Notes under the pieces: model-generated | What the model was told of the DNA's origin: nothing | Database searches by the model: none | What the model saw: only the letters and a program-made list of their open reading frames with translations | From: a virus | Lineage: Duplodnaviria > Caudoviricetes | Length of the DNA: 64,000 nucleotides | Reading direction: 5' to 3' (one strand) | IMG/VR virus record: IMGVR_UViG_3300032038_000045 | Span: 25,174-89,173 of that record | In this document: positions 51,274-61,036 of the stretch, piece by piece | Layout of the letters: each line of letters opens with the position of its first letter | How positions within the stretch are numbered: the stretch's first letter is position 1 | Position numbers and translations under genes: made by a program

Positions 51274-52402
51274 AATTATTTATATAATTAATAGATTGTT
51301 TTATATTCTCTGAAATAATAGTTATATTATTTTTTGCTCTATATTCTGCAAAATCTTTACATCCAGATTCTATAGGAATAAATATAGGAATAATATTATA
51401 AACTTTTCTTAACCAATTAGCTTCAACTATACCTACTCTATCATTATCCATAAGGCTAATTAATTTACCATCAATAGTCAATTTAGACTTTAACCATTCG
51501 TATTCATAATTACGAAGTTTATAAGTTTCGTGAGGTATATTAATAACACCAATTTTGATATTAGGAATTTCCCCGTAAGGGAAGATTGATTGTATGGTGC
51601 AGCCAATAGATAATCTATCTTTTGTAGATTTAGTTATTACAATATAATTATAATCATTTCTATCAAGATTATATATACCTTCAAGATGATTACAATTACA
51701 AATAAATTTTGAAGCAGAATGTTTATCTCTATTTGGGAAATATAGTTTTATATTGTTTACACCATTTCTATCTTTTCCAAGAAAATAAGCATAACAAGGG
51801 TCTGAAATTTTATAATAATATTTAGGTTCAGGATTAATATTTTTATCTATATAATATTGTTCTATTGGATAAACAAAATTAATATTGAGATGTTGAAGAT
51901 TAACACCTATTTCTTTCCAATAGATTTCATCGTATTCATTCCAATTTCTTACAACAAGGTCTATAATAGTTTTAGTATTTCTACTAACATTTATAGCATC
52001 TTTAATTTGTTGTGTAAGCGTTGTATCTATTTCATCGCCATAAAATATATCTTTAAATGTAAAAGTTATATGGCGAAGGATTTTCATAAATCCTTTCTTA
52101 TCATTGACTGATATTTTTTCTTTATTTATAATAGATAGAATATAACCAACTGCATCAAAACAATCACCCCAGAAGTAGCCTGCAAAATCCCTCATTTTAA
52201 GTTTTCCTTTATTATCATAACGAAAACCTACAGTTGGACGTCTATCTATTCTAATTGGAGAAAGTATTAATTCACCACTATCTATACAATGTTGTATAAC
52301 TGAAATTGGAAGATTAAAATATTTACTAAAAATATTAACTTGACTAACTTTATCGAGAATATATTTTTTAGATAAATTATTAGAATTAATACTTCTACCC
52401 AT
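51218..52402 (-). CDS. DnaG-like (Toprim) primase, crAss type
   Basis: SPIR.DRRPT, GDCFD, KLYFP, ITKSTKD, MDNDRVG, KDFAE. Confidence 0.85.
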   Translation of the reverse strand: MGRSINSNNLSKKYILDKVSQVNIFSKYFNLPISVIQHCIDSGELILSPIRIDRRPTVGFRYDNKGKLKMRDFAGYFWGDCFDAVGYILSIINKEKISVNDKKGFMKILRHITFTFKDIFYGDEIDTTLTQQIKDAINVSRNTKTIIDLVVRNWNEYDEIYWKEIGVNLQHLNINFVYPIEQYYIDKNINPEPKYYYKISDPCYAYFLGKDRNGVNNIKLYFPNRDKHSASKFICNCNHLEGIYNLDRNDYNYIVITKSTKDRLSIGCTIQSIFPYGEIPNIKIGVINIPHETYKLRNYEYEWLKSKLTIDGKLISLMDNDRVGIVEANWLRKVYNIIPIFIPIESGCKDFAEYRAKNNITIISENIKQSINYINNYESIKHLWYEKKNSIRPF

Positions 52403-52413
52403 ATTATTAGAAA

Positions 52414-52450
52414 TAAAAAATAAGGGCAGGAGAATCTAATCGCCTGCCCT
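52414..52450 (-). terminator. intrinsic terminator
   Basis: AGGGCAGG/CCTGCCCT stem plus TTATTTTTT on - strand. Confidence 0.8.
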
Positions 52451-52479
52451 ATTTAATCTTTTACACTATAATTTATATA

Positions 52480-53403
52480 TTAGAAAGGAAGGTCGTCTTG
52501 AACCGGAACTGGACCACCAAAAGTTCCTCCCATTTCAGCACCCATCGGAGAAGCTCCCATAATATCTACTCCACCCGCAGGAACAGGAGCTTGGAAATTA
52601 GGAGCTTGTTTCTTAGTCAAATCCATAGGAGCAATCTTTTCTCTCGTAATATCAAGCTTAATAGAAGGAATAGTATTTTGTTGATAAATTTCAATACAAC
52701 CTTCACCAACAAACTGAGGGAAACTTAAATCGCCACGATTAACCTCTTTCCATTCAGTACGAGCTTTAAAATAGCGGATAAGTTTAATCCAAACAACAAT
52801 GTTCTTATTGTCAGCAGTCTTATAAACTGGTTTATCACCTTCTCTACCATGATTCATCATAGCTTCAAAGTTGGTAAACAAATTCTTCCAAGAAGAAAGA
52901 ACTGTTTCAGCAGGAACAGTAACATATTCACCTTGTTCATCAAAATCTACAAAATCGAGAGAAAGAGCTTCTTCTTCTTTCTCAGTCATAGCACGACCTT
53001 TAAGAACAAAAACATTGAGAATATGCTTAAGCCAATCAAAGATAAGATTAACTTTCCATTCTTCAGATTTACCAGGAATAGTTAAAGCAGTAGATTCAAC
53101 TGCGTTAAACTGCATAGACACATAACGACGTTTGGAAGCATCTTCTTCATTAGAAGCAAAAGTGATAGTAAGACGAGGAACTTCGAGACCATTAAACGAA
53201 GGCATACCAGTTTTATCCTCACCGGGAACAAAAGTGCTAACTTTAACATCTTCAAGGTGAGCAAGGAACAAACCATTCTGCTTTGCATCACGAGTGTCAA
53301 ACTTCAAACGAGTAGTTCCACGAGTTTCATTACTAACACCTCTACGAACAACTTTTTTAGTCTCTAATCCGTTTGCAACCGAATTAACAACTTCTTCAGG
53401 CAT
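52480..53403 (-). CDS. single-stranded DNA-binding protein candidate
   Basis: 307 aa; Gly/Pro-rich tail ending DDLPF; flanked by primase and recombinase genes. Confidence 0.6.
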   Translation of the reverse strand: MPEEVVNSVANGLETKKVVRRGVSNETRGTTRLKFDTRDAKQNGLFLAHLEDVKVSTFVPGEDKTGMPSFNGLEVPRLTITFASNEEDASKRRYVSMQFNAVESTALTIPGKSEEWKVNLIFDWLKHILNVFVLKGRAMTEKEEEALSLDFVDFDEQGEYVTVPAETVLSSWKNLFTNFEAMMNHGREGDKPVYKTADNKNIVVWIKLIRYFKARTEWKEVNRGDLSFPQFVGEGCIEIYQQNTIPSIKLDITREKIAPMDLTKKQAPNFQAPVPAGGVDIMGASPMGAEMGGTFGGPVPVQDDLPF

Positions 53404-53441
53404 AAATTTTAAATTTAAAATTTTTTGTTAAAATATGATAT

Positions 53442-53486
53442 AAAATATGGGTGCTAATCTATTTGTATATTTAAGATTAGCACCCA
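53442..53486 (-). terminator. intrinsic terminator
   Basis: 12-bp stem GGGTGCTAATCT/AGATTAGCACCC. Confidence 0.8.
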
Positions 53487-53511
53487 CTTTATAATTGCGC
53501 CAAAATGTTAA

Positions 53512-54279
53512 TTATTCGGCTTCTTTCTGACCACGAGGAGAAACCTTGGCATCAACAAATTCCTTAGAAAGCGGAAGAGCGGAAACCTCAACAGTTTCAT
53601 ATCCGTTGAAAACAGGAACAGTAGTCATAGCAGCAAGGTCGATAGGATAGGTACGAGCAGTGGAAACTTTTTCCTCTTTACGAAGACCTTCCTTCAGAAT
53701 ATTCCAAATGTTAGAATCAGTGAAATTAAGAACGACACCAGTACCAATCATATCAGAAGAATTGGAGCACTTGCTACCAAGATACTTATCAACCTCAGCG
53801 GAATAGTTAGCAGCAAGAATTTCAATCTTCTCGTCATCACCGAGACCCTCAGCGGAGAGAGCATCAACAAGTTCAGCATCGTTGGAGTTCAGAGCAGCCT
53901 CAAGAGCATCCTGATAGTTAGCACGAATAAGAGCAACCTTTTCATCCTTGCTCATACGCTGAGTAACGGTAAGACCAATACCCTTCTCAGAATAAGCGCG
54001 AATACCCTTAGCGATAGCCCACTGACCATATTCAGCGATAGCAGCTTCGACAGATTCAAATTCGGGAAGCTGACCAGCAGCGAAAGCCTGAGCAATAGCA
54101 TCGTGATTGTTAACGAACATCACATAATCACCATTGGCAATACCAAGAGCCTTGCTAACTTGAGGGGTGATACGGAAGCCACCATGAGTGCTCAGAGCAA
54201 CAAGTTCAGGGTCGTAAGCAGCTTTACGCTGACCAGACATAACAACACCGAATCCGAATTTAAGTCCATTAGTTTCCAT
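53512..54279 (-). CDS. probably highly expressed protein with AbrB-like N-terminal DNA-binding motif
   Basis: GGFRITPQVSKALGIANGDYVMFV fits the AbrB/SpoVT pattern; GC-richer codon use than neighbours. Confidence 0.55.
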   Translation of the reverse strand: METNGLKFGFGVVMSGQRKAAYDPELVALSTHGGFRITPQVSKALGIANGDYVMFVNNHDAIAQAFAAGQLPEFESVEAAIAEYGQWAIAKGIRAYSEKGIGLTVTQRMSKDEKVALIRANYQDALEAALNSNDAELVDALSAEGLGDDEKIEILAANYSAEVDKYLGSKCSNSSDMIGTGVVLNFTDSNIWNILKEGLRKEEKVSTARTYPIDLAAMTTVPVFNGYETVEVSALPLSKEFVDAKVSPRGQKEAE

Positions 54280-54349
54280 AATGATTTTGATTTAAAAAGT
54301 TAAACTGTAAAATTATTACTTTGTTTGAGTGTAAGTTCACTTGGTTTAA

Positions 54350-55315
54350 TTAATCTATAACTAATTCTGCTTCTACTTCTTTAACATCTTGTTCGTTAAT
54401 AGGAAGACCAAAAGTTTGTTTTAGTTCAGTTGTTTCCATACAACCAAGAAGTAAATCAGAAGCAATATCACGAGCTGCAATAGTAAAAGCTCTATGACCT
54501 ATCATAATTTTTGAATACTTTTTATAAGTATCTTTTTCAAAGAAACCAGCAGCAACAGCTTCATTATAAGTAAAGGAAGCAGTAGAAGTAACAAGTGTAC
54601 CATCTACTTTTCTATAGAGTTTATAAGTTGTTATATAATCTATAGGTTGATTAGCAATCCTAAATACCGGAATCTTTCCACTTTTAGTAACTTCAGCAAC
54701 TTGACTTTTATGTATAATAACCTGAAATTGTTTAGAATTTAATTGATAATCTCTATACGTATTACCATTTAAATCTTTATAATATCTAACAGGATAAACA
54801 TACATCTTATCACTATCAGGATTATCTTTAGCACGTTTTTCAGCATCTTCAGAATTATTGCATCTTACACAATATTCAGGAAGATTATTTTCATTAAAAA
54901 CATTAAAACCGTCTGTATATTCATACAGAGCTTGATAATCTCTTAGACATTCCCAATAACAAGCTGCCCTCGATAATAATGCTTTAATAATATGAATATC
55001 AATACCCGTTTTACCATTAATAACATGGATATGTTCAGCACATCCGGTAAATGGAAGTTTTAAATCTTGCGCTCTACAAAATATAGAAAGAACATCAGCT
55101 TTAGTTTTAAGACCACTTTTATCTGAACGAATATATTGTTCAGCAAAAGTTTCAAAAGCAACCATTCCTTCTTTAGTAGTTAAATCAAGAGCAGCAAGAC
55201 TATTAGTAATTCCATAAGGATGGATGGTAGCAGGTAATTCATTCTTTTTAGAAACTGTAGGTTTATCGGGATTAGCACCTACAACTTCATTGACTTGTTT
55301 ACTTGCATCATTCAT
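54350..55315 (-). CDS. RecT/Redbeta-like ssDNA annealing protein
   Basis: IHVINGKT.I, SFTYNEAVAAG, YKKYSKIMIGHRAFTIAARDIASDLLLG. Confidence 0.7.
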   Translation of the reverse strand: MNDASKQVNEVVGANPDKPTVSKKNELPATIHPYGITNSLAALDLTTKEGMVAFETFAEQYIRSDKSGLKTKADVLSIFCRAQDLKLPFTGCAEHIHVINGKTGIDIHIIKALLSRAACYWECLRDYQALYEYTDGFNVFNENNLPEYCVRCNNSEDAEKRAKDNPDSDKMYVYPVRYYKDLNGNTYRDYQLNSKQFQVIIHKSQVAEVTKSGKIPVFRIANQPIDYITTYKLYRKVDGTLVTSTASFTYNEAVAAGFFEKDTYKKYSKIMIGHRAFTIAARDIASDLLLGCMETTELKQTFGLPINEQDVKEVEAELVID

Positions 55316-55346
55316 ATTTCAAAGAACTTGTTTGGATTTGCTTTAA

Positions 55347-55377
55347 CAAATATAGGTAATTAAATTGAAACTACAAA
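55347..55377 (-). promoter_or_regulatory. Bacteroidota sigma-70-type promoter
   Basis: On - strand TTTG, 19-nt spacer, TATATTTG (TAnnTTTG consensus), upstream of the RecT-like gene. Confidence 0.65.
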
Positions 55378-56747
55378 ATAATATCTCCGGAAATTTCATC
55401 AATCTTCATATTTTTTGTGAAGTTTTCGTTATGTACCGCTATAAGAGTATTTTCTCTTTCTCGCATCATAGCTCTTTCTTCAGAAGTATTTTCGCAATAA
55501 ATCTTGTACATAATTAGAGGAGTAGGTAATTTAATCTTATCAAATTTGTTTTTAAATGCAAATATATTACTAAGAAAGGGAGTAGTATAAATAAGAATAT
55601 CAGCTTCAGTTTTTATAGAGTTATCAGAACTTCCTTTCATTATTAATACATTGCAATAATTAGCATTAAATAGTTTAACATTATTATTAGATAAAGCAGC
55701 AGATTTAAATATCTTAGGTTCTCCTTTATGTTCACCATTTTTATAACATACTACTTCACCATTTTTATCAGTTAAATAAGAATCTTCTAATTCATTATGA
55801 TAACCTACATTGTTTATATCATTATCAAATAAATATTTTGAAAGTTTATTACAAAATTCTCCTCTTTCACATACTACAATTATTTTCTTATTAGCATGAT
55901 TATTAATTATATCTTTTATAATTTCAAGTTTAGCATTATTATCTGTTAAAAGCTTTTTTCTAAGATGTGTAATATTGAAAATAGTATTAACTCTTTCTCT
56001 AATTGCTATAGGATTAAAAACAGCATCTAATTGTTTATTATATTCAACACTCATATCAAGATGAGAATCCCAACCATTAAATTTAGCTACTTCAATACAA
56101 CAATCCATAGCACTCATTTGTCTAATTGGGTCACCAACTCTACATCTATCAATAGTATTGAAATCATTAAATAAACGCATACTATCTTTTACATAATTTT
56201 CATATTTATCATATTGTTCTCTATCATCTTTATTAAGATAAGCACAACATCTATATTCCTCTACGGGGGAATAAATAGAGTTTCTAATAAGATTTTGTTG
56301 AGTATTTCTTTTTTCAGTTAAATCTATACAAGGAACAATTTCCTTAATCTTATTTATAAAAGTATTATCAAGTTCATTTTTAGTAAAGATAAATAAAGCA
56401 AATTTACATTTACGTCCATAATCTGTTAGAGTTCCAATATGTTTATTTAATCCAACAGTTATAACACAATCAAAACTTTGTTTAATAGTATCTTTGTATT
56501 TAAATGTAACTACTCTTAAATTATCCTTATATTTATCTTTGAAAGAATTTGTTTTTACAAGATTTTCCCAATCTACAACAAATAGAAGTATTTTAATATT
56601 AGGTCGTTTTTCAACTAATTTAGCAATTATTTCTTCTACGAGAATATAAGGGTTTAGTGGGGGTTCGATATAACAATATCCTCTACCTTTATTTCTTTGA
56701 AAAGCCCCATTCAACTCTTCACTTATTTTAAGATATGCGTTATTCAT
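55371..56747 (-). CDS. SF2/SNF2-like helicase fold with degenerate catalytic motifs
   Basis: C-terminal RecA2-like features (K...I..II, IIVVCE, GYHN, F) but no GKT or DExx visible. Confidence 0.55.
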   Translation of the reverse strand: MNNAYLKISEELNGAFQRNKGRGYCYIEPPLNPYILVEEIIAKLVEKRPNIKILLFVVDWENLVKTNSFKDKYKDNLRVVTFKYKDTIKQSFDCVITVGLNKHIGTLTDYGRKCKFALFIFTKNELDNTFINKIKEIVPCIDLTEKRNTQQNLIRNSIYSPVEEYRCCAYLNKDDREQYDKYENYVKDSMRLFNDFNTIDRCRVGDPIRQMSAMDCCIEVAKFNGWDSHLDMSVEYNKQLDAVFNPIAIRERVNTIFNITHLRKKLLTDNNAKLEIIKDIINNHANKKIIVVCERGEFCNKLSKYLFDNDINNVGYHNELEDSYLTDKNGEVVCYKNGEHKGEPKIFKSAALSNNNVKLFNANYCNVLIMKGSSDNSIKTEADILIYTTPFLSNIFAFKNKFDKIKLPTPLIMYKIYCENTSEERAMMRERENTLIAVHNENFTKNMKIDEISGDIIL

Positions 56748-56748
56748 T

Positions 56749-59001
56749 TTATTCTTCTAAATCATCAAATAGTGTTGCAAAACTTCCTCCACCATATTTT
56801 TTAAGTAAAGCTTTACCAGACTTTGTTTTAGTTAAAGGATTACCTTTTTGTTGTGGAGAAATTCCTAATTGAATAGGGTCTATAATCTTTAGAGCTTCTT
56901 CATAATAATAATTATAATTAATATCACGAAGATTTATATTAGTATCATCTAAAGTATTTAATATAGTAACACGATTTCCAGCACATAGATTATTAAGTTT
57001 TAATTCAGGAGATTGTTTAAATAATTGACCTCCTCTATTAGAAACATAAAATCTAACATTTCTTTGAATTTCGTGTTCTTCAGTATCTATATAAATAGCT
57101 TTAAATTTTCTACCAATATTTTGAGTTTTACAAAAATCAAGTATATCAGTACTTTCATAGAAAGTTTCTAATACTGGTTTATTATGAAGAAAATGTTCAA
57201 CAACAGCTTTTGCTACAATAGGAGCATTATAACCTTTTGCAAGATTTTCCATATACATATATGGATTTAAATCTCCTTTATAGTCAATTTTACCATTTGT
57301 TTCTTCTGCTATATAATTGTTAATATCTCTATTAACATAACAGTTATATTCTTCAGTATCAGCACTTAAACCTGTATATTCTTCCCAATGTTTTGTAATA
57401 GAATTAAATTCTTCTTTTTTATTATCATATAATTTTACAACAATACCATCTGTATTAGCTGAAACAACAGGAATACCATTCATTTCAAGTTCTTCGCATA
57501 ACATTAAAATAAACAGTTGTCCATTGATAGTTGTTTTAAGAGTACACATTCTATCGTATATATCACCAAATTCATAACTGAATTTACCATATATACTATT
57601 AATAACAATCTTTAAAGCTTCAGCTACAACTTTCTTTGGTATTCCATCAACTAAAGGTTCTTCACTATGTTTAGCTGCAATACGAGTAGTTCTAAAATAA
57701 TCTACAAGTTTAATAAAAACTCCTTTATCTATATGTTCAGGAGCAATTTTATAAGCAACCATTATACTCGGGTAGAAGCTCGAGATGTCGTAGTGTACGT
57801 ACTTAAAATCTTTGCCAGACCTTAAATTTCTTGGTTTATCTTCACTATGCAATCCGCCCGTAGCCATAGTGTAAATAGTATTACCTATAGTAACTTTTCT
57901 TTCAAATTCTGATTTACTTGTTCTTGTAATAGAAACTGTTTTTATATCATTAAGAAAATCTTGAAGTTCTTTAGTTTTAAATTGGACATTATCAAATATA
58001 ACTTTTTTAAAACTCATATTTGTTCTTTCAGTTTTCTTTCCTCTCCATTGATATGGTTGAAGATTACTAAAATCAGAATAGAATTTTATAAAAAGTTTAT
58101 CTGCCATATCACTTCTTGAACTATTAAGAACATCAAGTTCATAAGCATTAGAAATACTATATCTTAGTTTAATTTCATCAGAAAACAATCTTGTCATTTC
58201 AGCAACAATAAATACATCATTAAGATTGTAATGCATCATATCAGGTATATAATCATCAAGAATATATCTATCCCATCTATCAATAAGTTTATTTAAGTTT
58301 TCTATAGAAATTCCATTATATCTTGGATTCTTCCAATAAAACTTAGCTTCTTCTTCATTTATAGGCGGAATAGTATATTCAAGAAGTTGATACCATTTAA
58401 TATTAATTGAAGTTTGTTTTAAAGACTTACCAAAGAAAACTCTATTTCCTTCAGCATCAATACCTACTCCAACTTTATTTAATGCAAATATTCTAAACAA
58501 ATCTACATCACGAAATGGTTTATTAAATTTACGCAAAGAATCAAGATAAAAATCTTTACGAGCAGCATCCTTATTATCTTGTAATTCAATAATATGTTTA
58601 CTTGTTTCATAAAGTTTTGTTATTAATTCTTTTGTACTATTTAATACTCCCATATACATTAAAAGACAACTAATCATAAGACCATCATAACTTAAATTAT
58701 TAAATCCATAAAGATTAGTCATCTTTCCTTTATTCATCTCATTAATATATCCCATAAGGGGAAATAATTGAGAATCATCTGTATCTGTAATATAGAATTG
58801 TTTAGTTTTAACTTCTCCAAGTTTCTTACGAATTTCAGCAACACTATATTTTTCCACTAAAGGTATAGGTTTGCCTTTATCATTTATACAATCTTTAAAT
58901 ATATTTAAATAACTTGCTAAATCAACAAAAGTAACTGAAAAGAAATTAGGAAGTATTTCAATATCATAACATTGTATATTTAGCATATTATTACCTCCCA
59001 A
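56749..59001 (-). CDS. family B DNA polymerase
   Basis: Exo YDIE and GFNN..YD; Pol YDISSFYPS, KIVINSIYGK, NTDG. Confidence 0.92.
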   Translation of the reverse strand: MGGNNMLNIQCYDIEILPNFFSVTFVDLASYLNIFKDCINDKGKPIPLVEKYSVAEIRKKLGEVKTKQFYITDTDDSQLFPLMGYINEMNKGKMTNLYGFNNLSYDGLMISCLLMYMGVLNSTKELITKLYETSKHIIELQDNKDAARKDFYLDSLRKFNKPFRDVDLFRIFALNKVGVGIDAEGNRVFFGKSLKQTSINIKWYQLLEYTIPPINEEEAKFYWKNPRYNGISIENLNKLIDRWDRYILDDYIPDMMHYNLNDVFIVAEMTRLFSDEIKLRYSISNAYELDVLNSSRSDMADKLFIKFYSDFSNLQPYQWRGKKTERTNMSFKKVIFDNVQFKTKELQDFLNDIKTVSITRTSKSEFERKVTIGNTIYTMATGGLHSEDKPRNLRSGKDFKYVHYDISSFYPSIMVAYKIAPEHIDKGVFIKLVDYFRTTRIAAKHSEEPLVDGIPKKVVAEALKIVINSIYGKFSYEFGDIYDRMCTLKTTINGQLFILMLCEELEMNGIPVVSANTDGIVVKLYDNKKEEFNSITKHWEEYTGLSADTEEYNCYVNRDINNYIAEETNGKIDYKGDLNPYMYMENLAKGYNAPIVAKAVVEHFLHNKPVLETFYESTDILDFCKTQNIGRKFKAIYIDTEEHEIQRNVRFYVSNRGGQLFKQSPELKLNNLCAGNRVTILNTLDDTNINLRDINYNYYYEEALKIIDPIQLGISPQQKGNPLTKTKSGKALLKKYGGGSFATLFDDLEE

Positions 59002-60457
59002 AACTTAATATTAATTCTTTTCTTGTTCTACTACACGCAACATAAAGTCTTCTTAGCATTTCTTCATAATCAGCATACATTTGTCCAGTAGAGGTAAAAA
59101 TCATATCATTTAAGTCTACAAAAACATTCTCATAGGTAGAACCTTGACTTTTGTGGCTGGTGATTGCAAAAGCATAATCAATATCTCTACTATAAAGAAT
59201 TTGAGAACCTTTCTTTATATTAGTTAATATAAGATATTGTTTTTTAAAATCATAATATGCTTTCCACCTATTAGCTCTAACTCCACCTGTAGCTGTTTTA
59301 GCATCAGATATTAGATTTTGTATAACTTCTATATATTTTAATATAGTATATTTATCTCTATGGTCTATAACAAATATAGGTTTAGTAATAGTTCCTCCAT
59401 TTACTTTTTGGAATTTTACAAGGAAACCTTTAAAGTTATAATTAGGTTCAACATAATTGACTAAATCCTTAATAATATATTCTTCACTATTGTTAAGAAT
59501 AATATCATTAAATTCGTCAACTGTTGTTTCATAACTCATAACCAAATCGTTCTTTGTAAGAATATTCTTATTAGCATCTTCTATAATAATATTTCTTATA
59601 AAATTATTCCAAGAAGTAACACAAACATTTGTATAAGCAATAAGTTTATACATTTCTATATTTTTAGTATATTCTTCATCATTGAATCTTACACTAACTA
59701 AATTAGAAAATTGTTGAGCACCAACTATAGAAAATCCTTCTCCAAGTTCATTATAATTAGATACTCCAATATGTTTTGAAATATAATTTATAAACTTATG
59801 AGACTTGTATTTTATATCTTCTCTTAAATAATCGAGAAGTAATAAAGTTGGATTAGTTTCTTGTTGTCTAACAATTTCAGTTAATTCATAAACTTTATTG
59901 CATTTAATAAAAGCTGTACTTTTGTGTTCCCTTACGGGGGAAAGTTGAGCATTATCTCCAATGAAAAGAAGCTTAATATTATGTTCCCTACATTTATTAA
60001 TAATATAAGTAACAAGAGAAGCATTTAACATAGAAGCTTCATCACATATTAATAATTCTATATTTTGTAACTTTGGAGTAGAAATAGGAGTAAATGCTGG
60101 ATTATTATAATCAAAATCTTCTATATTAAGATTTAATCTAAAACCAAAAGTAGATTGAATTGTTTCAACTTTAAGACCTACAGAATTACTGAAAACTCTA
60201 CAAGCTTTATGAGTTGGAGAACAACACTTTATAGCAGAAAGAGCTAAATTACATTTACTTACAACAAATTTTGTAACAAATGTTTTACCTACTCCACCAG
60301 CTCCTATAAGACCGTATACGCTTTTACTTTCATCATATGGAGAATTTATGAATTCTACTAAACCTTCAACAGCTCTTGTTTGACCATTTGTTAATGTAAT
60401 AGATTGTTTATTTTCAGTTCTACCTTTACCAACTATATTATAATTAAATTCCTCCAT
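58991..60457 (-). CDS. SF1 (Dda/RecD-like) DNA helicase
   Basis: GAGGVGKT, DEASM, IGDNAQL, EIVRQ, HKSQGSTY, YVACSR. Confidence 0.92.
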   Translation of the reverse strand: MEEFNYNIVGKGRTENKQSITLTNGQTRAVEGLVEFINSPYDESKSVYGLIGAGGVGKTFVTKFVVSKCNLALSAIKCCSPTHKACRVFSNSVGLKVETIQSTFGFRLNLNIEDFDYNNPAFTPISTPKLQNIELLICDEASMLNASLVTYIINKCREHNIKLLFIGDNAQLSPVREHKSTAFIKCNKVYELTEIVRQQETNPTLLLLDYLREDIKYKSHKFINYISKHIGVSNYNELGEGFSIVGAQQFSNLVSVRFNDEEYTKNIEMYKLIAYTNVCVTSWNNFIRNIIIEDANKNILTKNDLVMSYETTVDEFNDIILNNSEEYIIKDLVNYVEPNYNFKGFLVKFQKVNGGTITKPIFVIDHRDKYTILKYIEVIQNLISDAKTATGGVRANRWKAYYDFKKQYLILTNIKKGSQILYSRDIDYAFAITSHKSQGSTYENVFVDLNDMIFTSTGQMYADYEEMLRRLYVACSRTRKELILSFGR

Positions 60458-60989
60458 TTTTATATTTCTCTATTACAGGTTTATATAATTCATAATTTTT
60501 AATATAATCTTTAATAGAATCTTTACAAGCTTGATGTTTCCAATCAGTTTTAGTATCTTTTAAATCAAATAAAATAATTCCCGTAACATTATTTTTAACA
60601 AGATTTCCTTTACATAAAACACCAGCCATAAAAGGCATATAAATATTATCATTATATTTCTTGTCTCCTCTTTTTAAATAATTAATTTCGTTAACAGAAA
60701 TAAATTTATTATTTATAATACAAGTACTATATTTAGGTTTATCACTTTTAATAAAATAAGAATCATTAGTAAATTTATAAAAACAATTTTCTAATGTTAA
60801 AGTAACAAAATTAATAGGAACAACATACCATAATTTTTCTAAATCAAAAAAGCAAACTGCGACTACATTTTTTTCAACAACAGTATAAAGTTTTTCTTTT
60901 ATAGTTTTAGTTTGTTTTTTAACTTTATTAAACCCCGAAGGTTTAAATGAAAAACTAATAGCCATAACAATAATATTTATAGTGCTCAC
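60444..60989 (-). CDS. hypothetical protein (ATG at 60965 is the likely start)
   Basis: 181-aa ORF; track start is GTG inside a hairpin. Confidence 0.6.
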   Translation of the reverse strand: MSTINIIVMAISFSFKPSGFNKVKKQTKTIKEKLYTVVEKNVVAVCFFDLEKLWYVVPINFVTLTLENCFYKFTNDSYFIKSDKPKYSTCIINNKFISVNEINYLKRGDKKYNDNIYMPFMAGVLCKGNLVKNNVTGIILFDLKDTKTDWKHQACKDSIKDYIKNYELYKPVIEKYKNGGI

Positions 60990-61036
60990 TTCGTTCGCAC
61001 ACCTTCCCCGTAAAGGGATGATGCAGCATTAGCTTT

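Larger units (their letters stand above)
1020..61018. repeat. dispersed motif YYCCCCGTARRGGRR, 23 strict copies plus about 10 relaxed copies
   Basis: Motif starts with CCCCGTA on +: 14190, 15009, 24055, 27457, 32711, 37750, 38606, 42824, 45809, 47659, 51571, 61006. Motif left ends with TACGGGG on +: 3241, 7941, 10353, 15570, 20667, 28963, 32143, 48654, 49722, 56258, 59929. Confidence 0.95.

Noticed and set aside
41293-54334. 14-bp match TTACACTCAAACAA at 41293 (+) and 54321 (-)
   Set aside because: Only two copies, and about one such match is plausible by chance among AT-rich intergenic regions
27864-60457. Introns or inteins in RNAP, PolB, primase or helicase genes
   Set aside because: ORFs are continuous, and no LAGLIDADG/HNH motifs or intein C...HN-C/S/T junctions were recognised
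1020-61018. Dispersed motif read as a CRISPR array or as Shine-Dalgarno sequences
   Set aside because: Copies are kilobases apart with no spacer structure, lie mid-gene and occur on both strands
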